From: an uncultured Bacilli bacterium
Lineage (GTDB): Bacteria; Bacillota_I; Bacilli_A; RF39; UBA660
Assembly: GCA_947631035.1 (NCBI GenBank)
Contig: CANRJW010000003.1
Location: forward strand, 1 to 63,830
Reading direction: 5' to 3'
Length of the DNA: 63,830 nucleotides
Positions 46,530-58,355 of the stretch are shown here, piece after piece. A model generated the notes under the pieces. That model saw nothing but the letters and a program-made list of their open reading frames with translations. It was not told where the DNA came from and did no database searches. Positions within the stretch are counted from its first letter, which is position 1. Each line of letters begins with the position of its first letter. The position numbers and the translations under genes are program-made.

Positions 46530-49500
46530 GTGGCTTATAAAGTTAAAAAATTCGGTGACTACGCCGAAAGAAGAAGTTTTTCAAAATCAAAAAACACTAT
46601 GGAACTTTCGGATTTATTGGAAATCCAAAAAAAATCGTATCAATGGTTCTTAGAGGAAGGTATTAAGGAGACATTCGAAGAATTATTCCCAGTAGAGAGT
46701 TTTACGGGTAATGTGACCATCGACTTTGGTGACTATTCTTTTGATACGCCTAGATATTCTGTAAAAGAATCTAAGGAAAGAATGGTTAACTATGCTGCAC
46801 CATTAAAGGTTCAAGCAAGAGTATTTATCCATGAAACAGGAGAAGTAAAGGAACAAGAAATCTTCTTAGGAGATATGCCTTTGATGACCGATGCTGGAAC
46901 ATTTATTATTAATGGAGCAGAACGTGTTATTGTTTCGCAATTAGTAAGAAGTCCTAGTATCTATTTTAAACGTGAAATCGATAAAAATGGACGTCGTATT
47001 ATTTCTGGAGAAGTCATTCCAAATCGTGGTACATGGTTAGAGTATGAACTTGATGCTCGTGATATCATGTATGTAAGAATTGATCGTACAAGAAAAGTAC
47101 CTGTTACGACATTTTTAAGAGCACTAGGGTTATCTAGTGATGAGGATATTAGAAGTGTCTTTGGTGAAAATGCTTATCTAGAAAATACCATCTTAAAAGA
47201 TAGCACCAAAAATACCGATGAAGCTTTAATTGAAATCTATGAAAAATTACGTCCAGGGGAACCCGCTACTTTGGATTCTGCAAAGAACCAATTGGTAACG
47301 AGATTCTTTGATCATTTCCGTTATGACCTTGCTAAAGTAGGACGTTATAAATTTAATAAAAAATTAAATGTTGCAGATCGACTTTTAAATGCAACTCTTG
47401 CTATGGATATTAAAGATGGTAAAGAAGTTGTTGCTAAAAAAGGAACGGTTGTTACTAAAGATTTATTAGAAAAAATAAAACCAATTTTAAAAAATGGTTT
47501 TGGCGTCAAAGAAGTTACGATTAATGAAGAATTAGATGAATATAATAAAGTTCAAGAAATTTTAGTTTACGATAAGCAAAACCCTGAAAAAGTGGTTAAG
47601 ATTATTGGTAATGACCAAACGATTGATATCAAAAGACTTACCATTTCTGATATCTATGCTTCTATTTCTTACTACTTAAACTTACATGATGGTTTTGGTA
47701 ATGATGATGAAATTGACCATTTAGGAAATCGCCGTGTTCGTCAAGTAGGAGAATTAATTCAAAATCAATTTAAAACCGGAATGTCTAGAATGGAAAGAGT
47801 TATTCGTGAGAGAATGACCACTCAAGAATTAGATTCCGTTACCCCAAAATCTTTAATTAATATTCGTCCGGTTACGGCGATATTAAAAGAATTCTTTGGT
47901 TCTTCTCAATTATCTAAATTCATGGACCAAATTAACCCAATTGCTGAATTAACCGATAAAAGACGTTTATCTAGTTTAGGGCCAGGTGGATTATCAAGAG
48001 ATCGTGCTGGAATGGATGTTCGTGATGTTAATGCAAGCCACTACGGAAGAATTTGTCCAATTGAGTCTCCAGAAGGACAAAACATTGGTCTTATTACTTC
48101 TTTAGCTGGATATGCCAAAATTAATGAATATGGATTTATTACCACCCCTTATAGAAGAGTTGTAAATGGCGTTGTCCAAATGGATGATGTAGTTTATATG
48201 ACGGCGGATGAAGAAGCAGACTTCTATATTTCACAAGCTACTGTTAAATTAGACGATGACAATCGTATTGTTGAAGATGAAGTATTAGTTCGTATTAATG
48301 GCGATAACGTTATGTGTAAACGTGAAGATGTTAACTTTGTCGATGTTGCGCCAAGTCAATTGGTTGCCATTACAACAAGTTGTATTCCATTCTTGGATTA
48401 CGATGATGCGAATCGTACGCTTATGGGTGCAAACATGCAACGTCAAGCTGTTCCACTATTAACTTGTGATTCTCCAATTGTTGGAACAGGTGTTGAACAC
48501 GTAGCAGCAAAATATTCTGGAAGTACTGTTGTATCTAAAACCGATGGTGTTGTAGAATATGCGGATGCTTTAAAAATAGTCATTAAAAATGCCAAAAGTT
48601 CTGAAACTTACTACTTAGCAAACTTTGAAAGAACCAATGCCTCAAGTAGTTTAAATCACCGTCCTTTAGTTAAAAAAGGTGATAAAGTGCATGTGGGACA
48701 AGTTATTGCTGATGGACCAAGTACTCAAAATGGTGAACTTGCTCTAGGTAAAAATATGACCGTTGCTTTCATGACCTATAATGGTTATAACTACGAGGAT
48801 GCGGTAATATTAAATGAAAGATTAGTAAAAGATGATGTGTATACATCTCTACATATTGAACGTTATGAAATTCAATGCCGTGATACAAAGCTAGGACCTG
48901 AAGAAATTACGAGAGATATTCCAAATGTTGGAGAAGATGCTCGTAAAAACTTAGATGCTGAAGGTATCGTAAGAATCGGTACTGAAGTAAAAGAAGGGGA
49001 CATCTTAGTTGGTAAAGTTACACCAAAAGGTGTTCAAGAATTAACGAGTGAAGAAAAATTGTTACATGCCATTTTTGGTGAAAAGACGCGTGAAGTTCGT
49101 GATACTTCTTTACGTGTCGAACATGGTGCTGATGGTATTGTTCATGATGTAAAAGTTTATACAAAAGAAAACAGTGACGATATGCCTGCTGGTGTATTTA
49201 AAATTATTCGTGTTTATATTATTCAAAAACGTAAAATTCAAGTTGGAGATAAAATGAGTGGACGTCATGGTAACAAAGGTGTTATCTCTCTAGTCTTACC
49301 AGAAGAAGATATGCCATACTTACCAGATGGTACGCCAGTTGATATTATGTTAAATCCACTTGGTGTTCCATCTCGTATGAACATTGGACAAATCCTAGAA
49401 GTACACTTAGGAATGGCTGGTAAAAAGTTAGGTGTTAAATATGCAACTCCAGTATTTGATGGAGCAAACCTAGACGATATTCATGAAGAAATGAGAGCTG

Positions 49501-50171
49501 CCGGAATGGACGAAGACGGAAAAGTCGAGCTAATTAACGGACGTACTGGAGAACCATTTGAACATCGTATCAATGTTGGTGTTATGTACATGGTAAAACT
49601 ACACCACATGGTTGATGATAAATTACATGCGCGTGCTACTGGACCTTATTCACTTGTTACGCAACAACCACTTGGTGGTAAAGCCCAATTTGGTGGACAA
49701 AGATTTGGTGAAATGGAAGTTTGGGCATTATATGCTTATGGTGCTGCTCATGTCTTACAAGAAATCTTAACGATTAAATCCGACGATGTTATTGGTCGTG
49801 TTAAGGTATACGAAGCCTTAGTAAAAGGTAAAACGGTAAATCAAGCCGGTGTACCAGAAAGCTTTAGAGTATTGATTAAAGAATTCCAAGCTCTAGGCTT
49901 AGATATTCAAATTCTTGATCAAGAAGATCATTTACTTGATTTAAAAGAAATTGAAAAAGACGAAGAACAAGAAGATACGATTCGTATCGACGAAATCGAT
50001 TTAAACGATAAAGAAGTTGTTGAAGAAGAAACAAGTGAAGAAGAAACGGCTAGTGATTATCAAGAAGAAGATATGGATAGCGAAGATGAATTTGAAGAAA
50101 ACGATTTAGACGATTTAGAATTCCCAGATAATTTGGATGAAGAAGATTTGGAAGGTGGTGATATCCTATGA
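46530..50171 (+). CDS. rpoB: DNA-directed RNA polymerase subunit beta
   Basis: Unmistakable RpoB sequence, e.g. [11 protein letters not shown] and [10 protein letters not shown]. The likely GTG start at 46530 follows ggggtga; the ORF track begins at TTG 46500. Confidence 0.95.
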   Translation: MAYKVKKFGDYAERRSFSKSKNTMELSDLLEIQKKSYQWFLEEGIKETFEELFPVESFTGNVTIDFGDYSFDTPRYSVKESKERMVNYAAPLKVQARVFIHETGEVKEQEIFLGDMPLMTDAGTFIINGAERVIVSQLVRSPSIYFKREIDKNGRRIISGEVIPNRGTWLEYELDARDIMYVRIDRTRKVPVTTFLRALGLSSDEDIRSVFGENAYLENTILKDSTKNTDEALIEIYEKLRPGEPATLDSAKNQLVTRFFDHFRYDLAKVGRYKFNKKLNVADRLLNATLAMDIKDGKEVVAKKGTVVTKDLLEKIKPILKNGFGVKEVTINEELDEYNKVQEILVYDKQNPEKVVKIIGNDQTIDIKRLTISDIYASISYYLNLHDGFGNDDEIDHLGNRRVRQVGELIQNQFKTGMSRMERVIRERMTTQELDSVTPKSLINIRPVTAILKEFFGSSQLSKFMDQINPIAELTDKRRLSSLGPGGLSRDRAGMDVRDVNASHYGRICPIESPEGQNIGLITSLAGYAKINEYGFITTPYRRVVNGVVQMDDVVYMTADEEADFYISQATVKLDDDNRIVEDEVLVRINGDNVMCKREDVNFVDVAPSQLVAITTSCIPFLDYDDANRTLMGANMQRQAVPLLTCDSPIVGTGVEHVAAKYSGSTVVSKTDGVVEYADALKIVIKNAKSSETYYLANFERTNASSSLNHRPLVKKGDKVHVGQVIADGPSTQNGELALGKNMTVAFMTYNGYNYEDAVILNERLVKDDVYTSLHIERYEIQCRDTKLGPEEITRDIPNVGEDARKNLDAEGIVRIGTEVKEGDILVGKVTPKGVQELTSEEKLLHAIFGEKTREVRDTSLRVEHGADGIVHDVKVYTKENSDDMPAGVFKIIRVYIIQKRKIQVGDKMSGRHGNKGVISLVLPEEDMPYLPDGTPVDIMLNPLGVPSRMNIGQILEVHLGMAGKKLGVKYATPVFDGANLDDIHEEMRAAGMDEDGKVELINGRTGEPFEHRINVGVMYMVKLHHMVDDKLHARATGPYSLVTQQPLGGKAQFGGQRFGEMEVWALYAYGAAHVLQEILTIKSDDVIGRVKVYEALVKGKTVNQAGVPESFRVLIKEFQALGLDIQILDQEDHLLDLKEIEKDEEQEDTIRIDEIDLNDKEVVEEETSEEETASDYQEEDMDSEDEFEENDLDDLEFPDNLDEEDLEGGDIL

Positions 50172-53100
50172 TAGAAGTAAATAATTTTAAAGGAATAAAA
50201 ATAGGTATCGCAAGCCCCGAAAAAATTCGCGAATGGTCTTATGGAGAAGTTAAAAAACCCGAAACCATTAACTATCGTACCTTAAAACCAGAACGTGATG
50301 GATTATTCTGTGAAAAAATCTTTGGACCAACGAAAGACTATGAATGTAGTTGTGGTAAATACAAAAGATTAAGATACAAAAATGTGGTCTGTGATCGTTG
50401 TGGTGTTGAAGTAACAAAGTCTAAAGTACGTCGTGAACGTATGGGACATATTGAACTTGCTAGTCCATGCTCTCATATTTGGTTCTTTAAAGGGGTTCCT
50501 TCTAAGATGGGCCTAGTTCTTGACATGTCTCCAAGAGATTTGGAAGAAGTTTTATACTTCGTAAGTTATGTTGTTCTAGACCCAGGAAGTGCTCCTCTTG
50601 CCAAAAAGCAAACTCTATCTGACAAAGAATATCGTGCTTATTATGAAAAATATGGTAATTCTTTTAAAGTCGGAATGGGAGCAGAAGCCATCCAAACTTT
50701 ACTTAAAGAAGTGGATATCGATAAAGAAGTTGAAAATTTAAGAAAAGAATTGGAGGATGCTACTGGGCAAAAACGTGTTCGTTTAGTAAAACGTTTAGAT
50801 TGCTTAGTTGCTTTCCAAGAATCGAATAATAAACCAGAATGGATGATTTTAACCGTTCTACCAGTTATTCCACCAGAACTTCGTCCAATGATTCAACTAG
50901 ATGGAGGAAGATTTGCTACGAGTGACTTAAACGATTTATATCGTCGTATCATTAACCGTAACAATCGTTTAAAGAAATTACTAGAACTCGGAGCACCAAC
51001 GATTATTGTCCAAAACGAAAAACGTATGCTTCAAGAAGCTGTTGATAGTCTATTTGATAATGGACGTCGTGGAAGAAGTGTTACGGCGGCTGGAAATCGT
51101 CCTTTAAAGAGTTTAGCAAGTATGCTAAAAGGAAAACAAGGTCGTTTCCGTCAAAACTTACTTGGTAAACGTGTTGACTATTCTGGACGTAGTGTTATCG
51201 TTGTTGGACCAAACTTAAAAATGTATCAATGTGGTATTCCAAAAGAAATGGCTCTAGAGTTATTTAAACCACATGTTATTCATGGTTTAGTTGAAAGAGG
51301 ACTTGCCCATAACATTAAGGGCGCTAAAAAGTTAATTGAGTCTCGAGATGATTCTGTATGGGATGTTGTAGAAGATGTCATAACGGAACATCCAGTTATG
51401 CTTAACCGTGCTCCAACTCTACATAGACTTGGTATTCAAGCATTTGAACCAAAACTAGTTGGTGGTAAAGCCATTCGTTTACACCCACTTGTATGTACGG
51501 CATTTAACGCAGACTTCGATGGAGACCAAATGGCTGTTCACGTGCCTTTAAGTGAAGAAGCGAAAGCCGAAGCTAGAATTTTAATGTTAGGTGCTAATAA
51601 CATCTTAAACCCTAAAGATGGTAAACCAATTGTTACCCCATCACAAGATATGGTACTTGGTAACTGCTATCTAACGATTGAAAAAGCCGGAGAAGAAAAT
51701 GAAGCTAAGGCTTACAAAAATGAAAACGAAGTCTTAATGGCTTATGAAAGAAAAGAAATTACACTACATACAAGAATTGTAGTTCCTGTAAATTCCTTCA
51801 AACATAAACTATTTACAGATGATCAAAAAGATAAATACTTAGTAACCACTTGTGGTAAGATTATATTTAATGAAATTCTACCCGATTCTTTCCCTTATAT
51901 TAATGAACCAACCAAAGCCAATATCGAGGGAATTACGCCAAGTAAATACTTCTTACCAATGGGTACTAATTTAAAAGAAGAAATTGCAAAAATGGAACTT
52001 GTCCAACCATTTGTTAAAAAGACTTTACAAAATATTATTGCTCAAGTCTTCAAAAGATATAAAACAACGGAAACTTCTATTATGCTTGATAAATTAAAAG
52101 ACTTAGGATTTAAGTATTCTACTGTTGCTGGTATTACGGTTTCAGCTGCTGATATTAAATTAAGTGAAAAGAAAAATGAAATTATCGCAGAAGGTAGAGA
52201 AATTGTTGATAAAATTAATAAACAATTTAAACGTGGTTTAATTACGGAAGAAGAACGTTACAACAATGTTATTGAAACATGGAATAACCAAAGTGATAAG
52301 ATTAAAGCGGAATTACAAGAAATGTCTAAAGATGATTTTGATAATCCATTATTCATGATGATGAACTCAGGTGCTCGTGGATCTATTTCAAACTTCGTTC
52401 AACTTTCTGGTATGCGTGGATTAATGGCGAAACCAGATGGTTCTACCGTTGAAATCCCAATCACTTCAAACTTCATGGAAGGACTTAATGTATCTGAATT
52501 CTTCTTATCAAGCCATGGTTCTCGTAAAGGTTCTGCCGATACAGCTCTTCGTACAGCAGACTCTGGATACTTAACAAGACGTTTAGTTGATGTTGTTCAA
52601 GATATCATTGTTCGTGAATACGATTGTGGATCTATTAATGGCGTAGAAGTTTACGATTTAGTAAATGATAAAGATGGATCTGTTATTGAACCACTTTCTG
52701 AACGTATTCTAGGTCGTTTCACTACTCAAAAGATTATTAATCCAGAAACGAAAGAATTAATCCTTGATAAGGGTGAAATGATTACCGAAAACGTTGTTGC
52801 TAAAATCGAAAAAGCTGGAATTAAAAAGGTTGAAATTAGAAGCATTTTGACATGTAAATGTGAAAATGGTGTTTGCCAAAAATGTTATGGTAGCAACTTA
52901 GCAACGGGTAACTTAGTTGAAACGGGTGAAGCGGTTGGTATTATGGCTGCTCAATCTATTGGTGAACCTGGTACCCAACTTACCATGCGTACTTTCCACT
53001 CTGGTGGTGTTGCCCATGGTGGAGATGCCGATATTACGCAAGGTCTTCCAAGAGTTGAAGAACTATTTGAAGCAAGAGTACCAAAAGGAAAAGCTACGAT

Positions 53101-53809
53101 TGCTGAGGTTAGTGGTAAAGTAGAATCTATTGAAGAACAAAATGGTAAATACAAGATTGTAATTGCCAATGATGTTGAAGTAAGAGATCATATTACGAAC
53201 TACAACATGAAAGTTCGTGTTAATGTTGGCGATATGGTTCAAGCCGGAGATAAATTAACGGAAGGTGCGATTAGCCCTAAAGAATTACTTGCTGTAACTG
53301 ACCCAATTACGGCTCAAGAATACATCTTAAAAGAAATTCAAATGGTTTATAAATTACAAGGTGTTGATATTTCCGATAAACACATCGAAATTATCGTATC
53401 TCGTATGATTAATAAAGTTCGTATCGTTGATGCTGGAGATACTGACTTCGTAGAAGGTTTAACCGTATCAATGAGAGAATTTACGAATGGAAATAAACCA
53501 GTTATCTTAAGAGGTGGAGTTCCTGCTAAAGGTCGTCCAATTATGCTTGGTATTACAAAATCTTCACTAGAAACTGATTCTTTCTTGTCTGCTGCATCTT
53601 TCCAAGAAACAACAAGAGTCCTAACCGATGCTGCGATTCGTGGAAAAATCGATTACTTAAGAGGATTAAAAGAGAATGTCTTAATTGGTAAATTAATTCC
53701 TGCTGGAACAGGAGCAAAACAATATAGTGATATTGAACTTTTACTTCAAAAAGAATTTATGGATGATGATGCCAGTGAATTCTTTGAAGAAAAATTAATG
53801 GATGATTAA
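50168..53809 (+). CDS. rpoC: DNA-directed RNA polymerase subunit beta'
   Basis: Zinc motif CSCGKY..C..CGV and catalytic [13 protein letters not shown] overlap with rpoB. Confidence 0.95.
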   Translation: MIEVNNFKGIKIGIASPEKIREWSYGEVKKPETINYRTLKPERDGLFCEKIFGPTKDYECSCGKYKRLRYKNVVCDRCGVEVTKSKVRRERMGHIELASPCSHIWFFKGVPSKMGLVLDMSPRDLEEVLYFVSYVVLDPGSAPLAKKQTLSDKEYRAYYEKYGNSFKVGMGAEAIQTLLKEVDIDKEVENLRKELEDATGQKRVRLVKRLDCLVAFQESNNKPEWMILTVLPVIPPELRPMIQLDGGRFATSDLNDLYRRIINRNNRLKKLLELGAPTIIVQNEKRMLQEAVDSLFDNGRRGRSVTAAGNRPLKSLASMLKGKQGRFRQNLLGKRVDYSGRSVIVVGPNLKMYQCGIPKEMALELFKPHVIHGLVERGLAHNIKGAKKLIESRDDSVWDVVEDVITEHPVMLNRAPTLHRLGIQAFEPKLVGGKAIRLHPLVCTAFNADFDGDQMAVHVPLSEEAKAEARILMLGANNILNPKDGKPIVTPSQDMVLGNCYLTIEKAGEENEAKAYKNENEVLMAYERKEITLHTRIVVPVNSFKHKLFTDDQKDKYLVTTCGKIIFNEILPDSFPYINEPTKANIEGITPSKYFLPMGTNLKEEIAKMELVQPFVKKTLQNIIAQVFKRYKTTETSIMLDKLKDLGFKYSTVAGITVSAADIKLSEKKNEIIAEGREIVDKINKQFKRGLITEEERYNNVIETWNNQSDKIKAELQEMSKDDFDNPLFMMMNSGARGSISNFVQLSGMRGLMAKPDGSTVEIPITSNFMEGLNVSEFFLSSHGSRKGSADTALRTADSGYLTRRLVDVVQDIIVREYDCGSINGVEVYDLVNDKDGSVIEPLSERILGRFTTQKIINPETKELILDKGEMITENVVAKIEKAGIKKVEIRSILTCKCENGVCQKCYGSNLATGNLVETGEAVGIMAAQSIGEPGTQLTMRTFHSGGVAHGGDADITQGLPRVEELFEARVPKGKATIAEVSGKVESIEEQNGKYKIVIANDVEVRDHITNYNMKVRVNVGDMVQAGDKLTEGAISPKELLAVTDPITAQEYILKEIQMVYKLQGVDISDKHIEIIVSRMINKVRIVDAGDTDFVEGLTVSMREFTNGNKPVILRGGVPAKGRPIMLGITKSSLETDSFLSAASFQETTRVLTDAAIRGKIDYLRGLKENVLIGKLIPAGTGAKQYSDIELLLQKEFMDDDASEFFEEKLMDD

Positions 53810-53812
53810 TAG

Positions 53813-53842
53813 GAAATAGTGTAAAAGCTATTTTCTTTTTTT
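53813..53842 (+). terminator. Probable terminator after rpoC
   Basis: aaatag/ctattt stem followed by a T-run. Confidence 0.4.
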
Positions 53843-53848
53843 GTTGTC

Positions 53849-53877
53849 TTGTCAAAACTTCAAAAAAAGAGTAGAAT
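53849..53877 (+). promoter_or_regulatory. Conserved cassette promoter (TTGTCA-17-TAGAAT), paralog 2
   Basis: Identical hexamers and spacing to the other two copies. RBS GGAGGAG at 53891-53897 and ATG at 53906. Confidence 0.6.
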
Positions 53878-53952
53878 TAGATTAAGATATGGAGGAGAAA
53901 AACAAATGAAAGAATTTGAGAAGAACCTCCCAACCAGTGAAAATAGTCGTCT

Positions 53953-53962
53953 GGGGGGGGGG
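53953..53962 (+). repeat. G10 homopolymer in the 5' leader, paralog 2
   Basis: cgtctGGGGGGGGGGtatatt. The ATG-53906 frame stops at 53972-53974. Confidence 0.8.
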
Positions 53963-54097
53963 TATATTAAATAATAATAAGAATCCAGAGGACTTAAAGC
54001 GATTTAATAAACATAAAAAACAAAAACAAATATCATTGGAAGTATAATAGCAATCGTATTAATAATTGGAGGTATAAGTCTATACCGAAGTTTTGCT

Positions 54098-55525
54098 ATG
54101 TATGAAGAAAAGAAAACTTTTGATGTTTTAAAAGGAACTATACCTGACTTTAGACCTATCTATAAAGAAAAACTACTTAATGGAACAGATCCAGTATTAA
54201 AAGAAAATTTAATACCAGTAGAAATAAACGAAAGTAATGGAGAAGTAACAAAAGCAGATATAAGAGAAACCTGGTATAAATATGAAGAACATAAATGGGC
54301 GAATGCAGTAATACTAAAGGAAGGTGCAACAGAACTAGAAGTAGGAGCAGAAATACAAGAAAGTGATATTGAAAGTTATTTTGTATGGATACCGAAATAT
54401 AAATATAAAATATTTGATATGGAAAAATATACAACATCAGGAGTAGTAAAAGATAAATCCCAAAAAGCGATTGAAATAAAGTTTGGCACAGACAATACAA
54501 CAGATGACGGGGAAATAGATGGAGAATCAACATGCAAAACGCCTATGATAAACGAAGTACAAGGAGCATCAGGAAGTGACGGAAAATGTCAAAAAGATTA
54601 TTGGATGACGCATCCTGCATTTCTAGCATTTGACGCAACAGGTTTTTGGGTTGGCAAGTTTGAAACCGGATATGCAGGAGCAAATAGTGTAACAGATGCT
54701 CAAGCGCATAATAATGCAACTGAAGCAAATAAAATTGTTATTAAGCCCAATCAATATAGTTGGAGAAATATAAGTTTAGGAAATGCATTCAGAACTTCAT
54801 TGAACTATGAAACAAATTTACAAAGTCACTTAATGAAGAATACCGAGTGGGGAGCGGTTGCTTATTTAACACATAGTATTTATGGAAAGTGTGAAAGCAG
54901 TGACAACTGTACAGAAATAATGATAAATAATAGTCAAAATTGTATTACTGGGATGTCAGCTAAAAATAAACCTACAACTGGCTATCCAGCATACAAAGAT
55001 TATAAAACATCTACTCCAAAAACAAATAATGATATTTCATGGACGTATACAGATAAAAATAGTGTATTAGCTAGTACTAGTGGAAACTATAGTGGTATTT
55101 ATGATATGAGTGGTGGAGTGTGGGAAGAAACAGCTAGTTTTATGTATCAAAGTGGTAACTCTAACATCAATTATAGTAAAAGTGGAATGAATGATAACGA
55201 TTTAACGGATAAAAAATATTATGATGTGTATAATTATAGTGTTTTAATTACAGAGTATAACAAACGTATATTAGGCGATGCTACTGGGGAATTAGGGCCA
55301 TTTGGTGTAGTTATCAAGGGTCAAGATATTATGAGTTCCATGTTTGCTGATTATGCCAATTTTTTATCTAATAATTCTTATTTGTCTGGGGCATGTTTTA
55401 CTCGAGGTGGTGATTCTGTTAATGGTACAGATGCCGGTGTATTTGCTTTTGATGAATATCCTGGAGTTAATGGCGATTTGGTTGGCTTTCGTGTTGTGCT
55501 AGCTCCGACGGAAGAAAAATCATGA
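54098..55525 (+). CDS. FGE-sulfatase-like surface protein paralog 2; 5' end disrupted twice (G10 plus a 1-nt deletion), possibly a pseudogene or silent copy
   Basis: The long ORF starts at an internal Met lacking an RBS. The TM-coding segment IIGSIIAIVLIIGGISLY (54032-54085) is in this frame but is cut off from the leader. Shared motifs: LMKNTEWGAVAYL, GIYDMSGGVWEE, TRGGDS, FRVVLAP. Confidence 0.55.
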   Translation: MYEEKKTFDVLKGTIPDFRPIYKEKLLNGTDPVLKENLIPVEINESNGEVTKADIRETWYKYEEHKWANAVILKEGATELEVGAEIQESDIESYFVWIPKYKYKIFDMEKYTTSGVVKDKSQKAIEIKFGTDNTTDDGEIDGESTCKTPMINEVQGASGSDGKCQKDYWMTHPAFLAFDATGFWVGKFETGYAGANSVTDAQAHNNATEANKIVIKPNQYSWRNISLGNAFRTSLNYETNLQSHLMKNTEWGAVAYLTHSIYGKCESSDNCTEIMINNSQNCITGMSAKNKPTTGYPAYKDYKTSTPKTNNDISWTYTDKNSVLASTSGNYSGIYDMSGGVWEETASFMYQSGNSNINYSKSGMNDNDLTDKKYYDVYNYSVLITEYNKRILGDATGELGPFGVVIKGQDIMSSMFADYANFLSNNSYLSGACFTRGGDSVNGTDAGVFAFDEYPGVNGDLVGFRVVLAPTEEKS

Positions 55526-55620
55526 AATCGAGGAAGCGAATTGTTCAAAAAGAAATCAGCTAAAGAATTGAGGTGACATAATAATATTTGTGAGTATGAA
55601 ATAAAATTGAGAAAAAATAA

Positions 55621-55649
55621 TTGCACCGAAAAAAAGTTTGCATTATAAT
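55621..55649 (+). promoter_or_regulatory. Promoter TTGCAC-17-TATAAT placed to give a leaderless or near-leaderless recX mRNA
   Basis: The -10 ends at 55649 and the ATG is at 55656, only 6 nt away. No convincing SD. Confidence 0.4.
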
Positions 55650-55655
55650 GGAACT

Positions 55656-56447
55656 ATGAAAATAAAAAGTTATAAAAAATTAAAAAACAATACGTATAAA
55701 ATTACTTTTTTTGATAATGAATCTTCTTTATCTTTGTATGATGATATCATTTTAAAGTATGATCTTTTATTAAAAAAGGAAATCACAGATAAAGAATTAG
55801 AAGAGATTGAAAGAGAAAACAATAAACTTGCTTGTTTTTATGTTGCTTTAAAATATATCAGTTTTAAAAATCGTTCTAAAGAAGAAATTAGAAAGTATTT
55901 AAAGCAACAAAAATACAATGAAAAAGAAATTGAACAAGCGATTCAATCATTGGAGAGGCAAAAGTTAATTAATGACCACGAATACTTAAAAATGTATATT
56001 CACGACCAATTTTTATTAACTAAAAATGGCCCTAAAAAAATAGAGTATAAATTAATTCAACTTGGTTTTAAAGAAGAGGAAATAAAAGAGGAATTAAATA
56101 CCATTTCAAAAGACGAATGGAAAAAAAGACTTCAAGAAGTAATCACTAAAAAAATTAAAACCTATAAAAAAGAAAGTTCAGCCAAAATAAAAGAAAAGAT
56201 TCTTTATACTTTTTTAAATGAAGGCTACCAAAAAGAAGATATTGTAGAGATTTTAGAAACTCATGAACTTCCTAATAATCTCACTGCTTTAAAAAAGGAA
56301 GCCGAAAAGCTTTATCAAAAATATTGTCGTAAATATGAAGATTCTTCTTTGTGGTACCAAATAAAAGGTAGACTTTTAAATAAAGGATTTACTTCTTTAG
56401 AAATCGATAATGTATTAGAAGGCATAAAAAAATCATCCGAACGATGA
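55656..56447 (+). CDS. recX: RecX-like regulatory protein
   Basis: Repeated three-helix RecX-type modules (RSKEEIRKYLKQQKYNEKEIEQAIQSLERQKLINDHEY). About 263 aa, as in Firmicutes RecX. Confidence 0.6.
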   Translation: MKIKSYKKLKNNTYKITFFDNESSLSLYDDIILKYDLLLKKEITDKELEEIERENNKLACFYVALKYISFKNRSKEEIRKYLKQQKYNEKEIEQAIQSLERQKLINDHEYLKMYIHDQFLLTKNGPKKIEYKLIQLGFKEEEIKEELNTISKDEWKKRLQEVITKKIKTYKKESSAKIKEKILYTFLNEGYQKEDIVEILETHELPNNLTALKKEAEKLYQKYCRKYEDSSLWYQIKGRLLNKGFTSLEIDNVLEGIKKSSER

Positions 56448-56459
56448 TTCTTTTTTTGA

Positions 56460-57476
56460 CTAATCAGCAGTAGTTGATTGTTGAGCTTGTGCTAAAGCAT
56501 TTTGAATATATCGAGCATATTGACTTTGTAATTCACTATCAGCAATTTCCATACCATATTCTTTACGTAGTTCTTGTAAGGCTTTAATTGTAATAGATGC
56601 ATCAGTACTTAATAACTCTTCAGATAATGTTGTACGAATGGAATCTTGAACATCTTCATAACTTGCTTTTTCTTTAGAAGCTTCTCTATAGATTACATGA
56701 TAACCAAGTTCTGTTGTAATCACTTCTGTTGAGAATTCACCATCTTTTAATTTGAAGGCATTTTCAACGATTTCGTCATAAGAACTTGATAAAGTGCCAT
56801 TATTGATGTAACCAAGAGAACCACCATCTTCTTTTGTTGAAGTATCTTCTGAATATTCTTTAGCAAGAGAAGTAAATGTTTCTTTAACATTATCGCTTTC
56901 TTTTAATTTAGCAATAATAGTATTGATTTTTTCTTTTGCTTCATTTTCAGCATTGGTTTTTTCTTCATCAGTAGCATCATCACTGACATTTTTCGTTACT
57001 AAGATATGATTTACTAAAACATCACCATAAATATTATCTTCATAATATTTTTTCATATCTTTTTCACTTACTTGAGTTTTAGCATAATCTTCCATCCATA
57101 AGTTTTGTAAATAACCAACATAAGTGTAATTACGATATCCTTCTATTGTTTGATAAGATGTATAAGTTTGAATAGCATTTAATAAATCATCTCCATAATT
57201 TTCTTCTAGAGCTTTCATTGTAGAATCAGCATATTCATTAGCACTTTCTAAATTATCCTTATACTTATCTTCTAGTATTTGTTTGTCAATAAGACTAATT
57301 AATGATTCTAATCCAAAATTATTTTTTAAATCATTATATAAATCATTGGCACTTATTCCATTTCCATTACTAAATGATACAATGGCTTCTTGTCCATTAC
57401 TTAATGTAGGAATTGTTTTACCACAACCACATACCATAAAAGTACATAAGCCAAGAACTACTAATTTTTTCTTCAT
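56460..57476 (-). CDS. prsA: Foldase PrsA (parvulin-type peptidyl-prolyl isomerase lipoprotein)
   Basis: MKKKLVVLGLCTFMVCGC lipobox. Parvulin segment NHILV...GGSLGYI...GYHVIY. RBS aggagga before the ATG at 57476. Confidence 0.8.
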   Translation of the reverse strand: MKKKLVVLGLCTFMVCGCGKTIPTLSNGQEAIVSFSNGNGISANDLYNDLKNNFGLESLISLIDKQILEDKYKDNLESANEYADSTMKALEENYGDDLLNAIQTYTSYQTIEGYRNYTYVGYLQNLWMEDYAKTQVSEKDMKKYYEDNIYGDVLVNHILVTKNVSDDATDEEKTNAENEAKEKINTIIAKLKESDNVKETFTSLAKEYSEDTSTKEDGGSLGYINNGTLSSSYDEIVENAFKLKDGEFSTEVITTELGYHVIYREASKEKASYEDVQDSIRTTLSEELLSTDASITIKALQELRKEYGMEIADSELQSQYARYIQNALAQAQQSTTAD

Positions 57477-57600
57477 AAAAATCCTCCTAAACATTTTTTA
57501 TTATAGCGAATTATTTAGAAAAAAACAAGAAGAACACTCACCATCTTCTAAATTTGCCATACAATATTATTGAAAAGACAAATAAAGGAGGAATGAAATT

Positions 57601-57699
57601 ATGAATAATTGTTGTGGAAATGGAAACAATGGACTTGGTCCAGCCATCATACTTGTATTATTTATCCTACTTATCATCATTGTAGGGGCTTTCATTTAG
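57601..57699 (+). CDS. YjcZ-like small hydrophobic peptide (32 aa), absent from the ORF track
   Basis: RBS aaaggagga. MNNCCGNGNNGLGPAIILVLFILLIIIVGAFI has a Gly/Asn-rich head plus the LVLFILLIIIVGA tail typical of YjcZ-family sporulation peptides. Confidence 0.5.
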   Translation: MNNCCGNGNNGLGPAIILVLFILLIIIVGAFI

Positions 57700-57729
57700 T
57701 CTTTAAAATATAAGGAGGTGTTCAAGTAA

Positions 57730-57855
57730 ATGAACTCTTGTTGTAAACCTCAAGGAAATTCTTGCAATAATAATCAAGGAATAAATAGTGCTTTTATAGT
57801 GATTATTTTATTTATATTATTGGCAATTATTTTTAGTGGTTTCTATGCATTTTAA
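57730..57855 (+). CDS. YjcZ-like small hydrophobic peptide (41 aa), tandem paralog
   Basis: RBS aaggaggtg. MNSCCKPQGNSCNNNQGINSAFIVIILFILLAIIFSGFYAF. Confidence 0.5.
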   Translation: MNSCCKPQGNSCNNNQGINSAFIVIILFILLAIIFSGFYAF

Positions 57856-58269
57856 AAGGGAGGAACAACCTTCTTTTTTCATGGTTTAATGAAAAAACTT
57901 GTTATTTATAAAAAAATAAATTATAATCAAAATGTAAGTGTTACCAAAAAAGGTAACGCCTACTATATGTAAGCGTTATATCAAAAGAGGAAACTCTAAT
58001 GATATATCGTTTTTTTTACACTAATTGTAGTATAACTATAATTAGCATAATTATAATAACGAGTAAAACAACAACAAGTAATTGAAGTGCATATTCGTCA
58101 TAACTACTCACTCCTTTTTGCCCTTTCAAAAACCAAAACGGTCCCTTAGTAAGGAAGAAAGAAAATGGATAGTAAACGCTCTTTTTGGGTAACGGTGAGT
58201 TATTATAGAGGAAACATAATATATTTCAATAGATTCGACAAAAGATGTCAAAACTTTCTTTAAAGGAGA

Positions 58270-58298
58270 TTGTCAAAATTGGAAAAAGAGTGTAGAAT
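58270..58298 (+). promoter_or_regulatory. Conserved cassette promoter (TTGTCA-17-TAGAAT), paralog 3
   Basis: Same hexamers and spacing as the other copies. RBS GGAGGA at 58312-58317 and ATG at 58325. Confidence 0.6.
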
Positions 58299-58355
58299 TA
58301 GATTAAGATATGGAGGAAAGAGAAATGAATAGTTTCAAAAAGAACCTCCCAACCA

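Noticed and set aside
49930-50171. Long acidic C-terminal tail of RpoB (about 80 aa rich in Asp and Glu)
   Set aside because: Acidic C-terminal extensions of RpoB also occur in Bacillus and other Firmicutes, so this is not distinctive enough to report as a finding.
57998-58101. Small ORFs in the 57.9-58.2 kb intergenic region (plus-strand MIYRFFYTNCSITIISIIIITSKTTTSN; minus-strand 16-aa ORF after AAAGGAG)
   Set aside because: On careful translation the minus-strand ORF is only 16 codons, and the plus-strand one has a weak RBS and no recognisable family. This is insufficient support.
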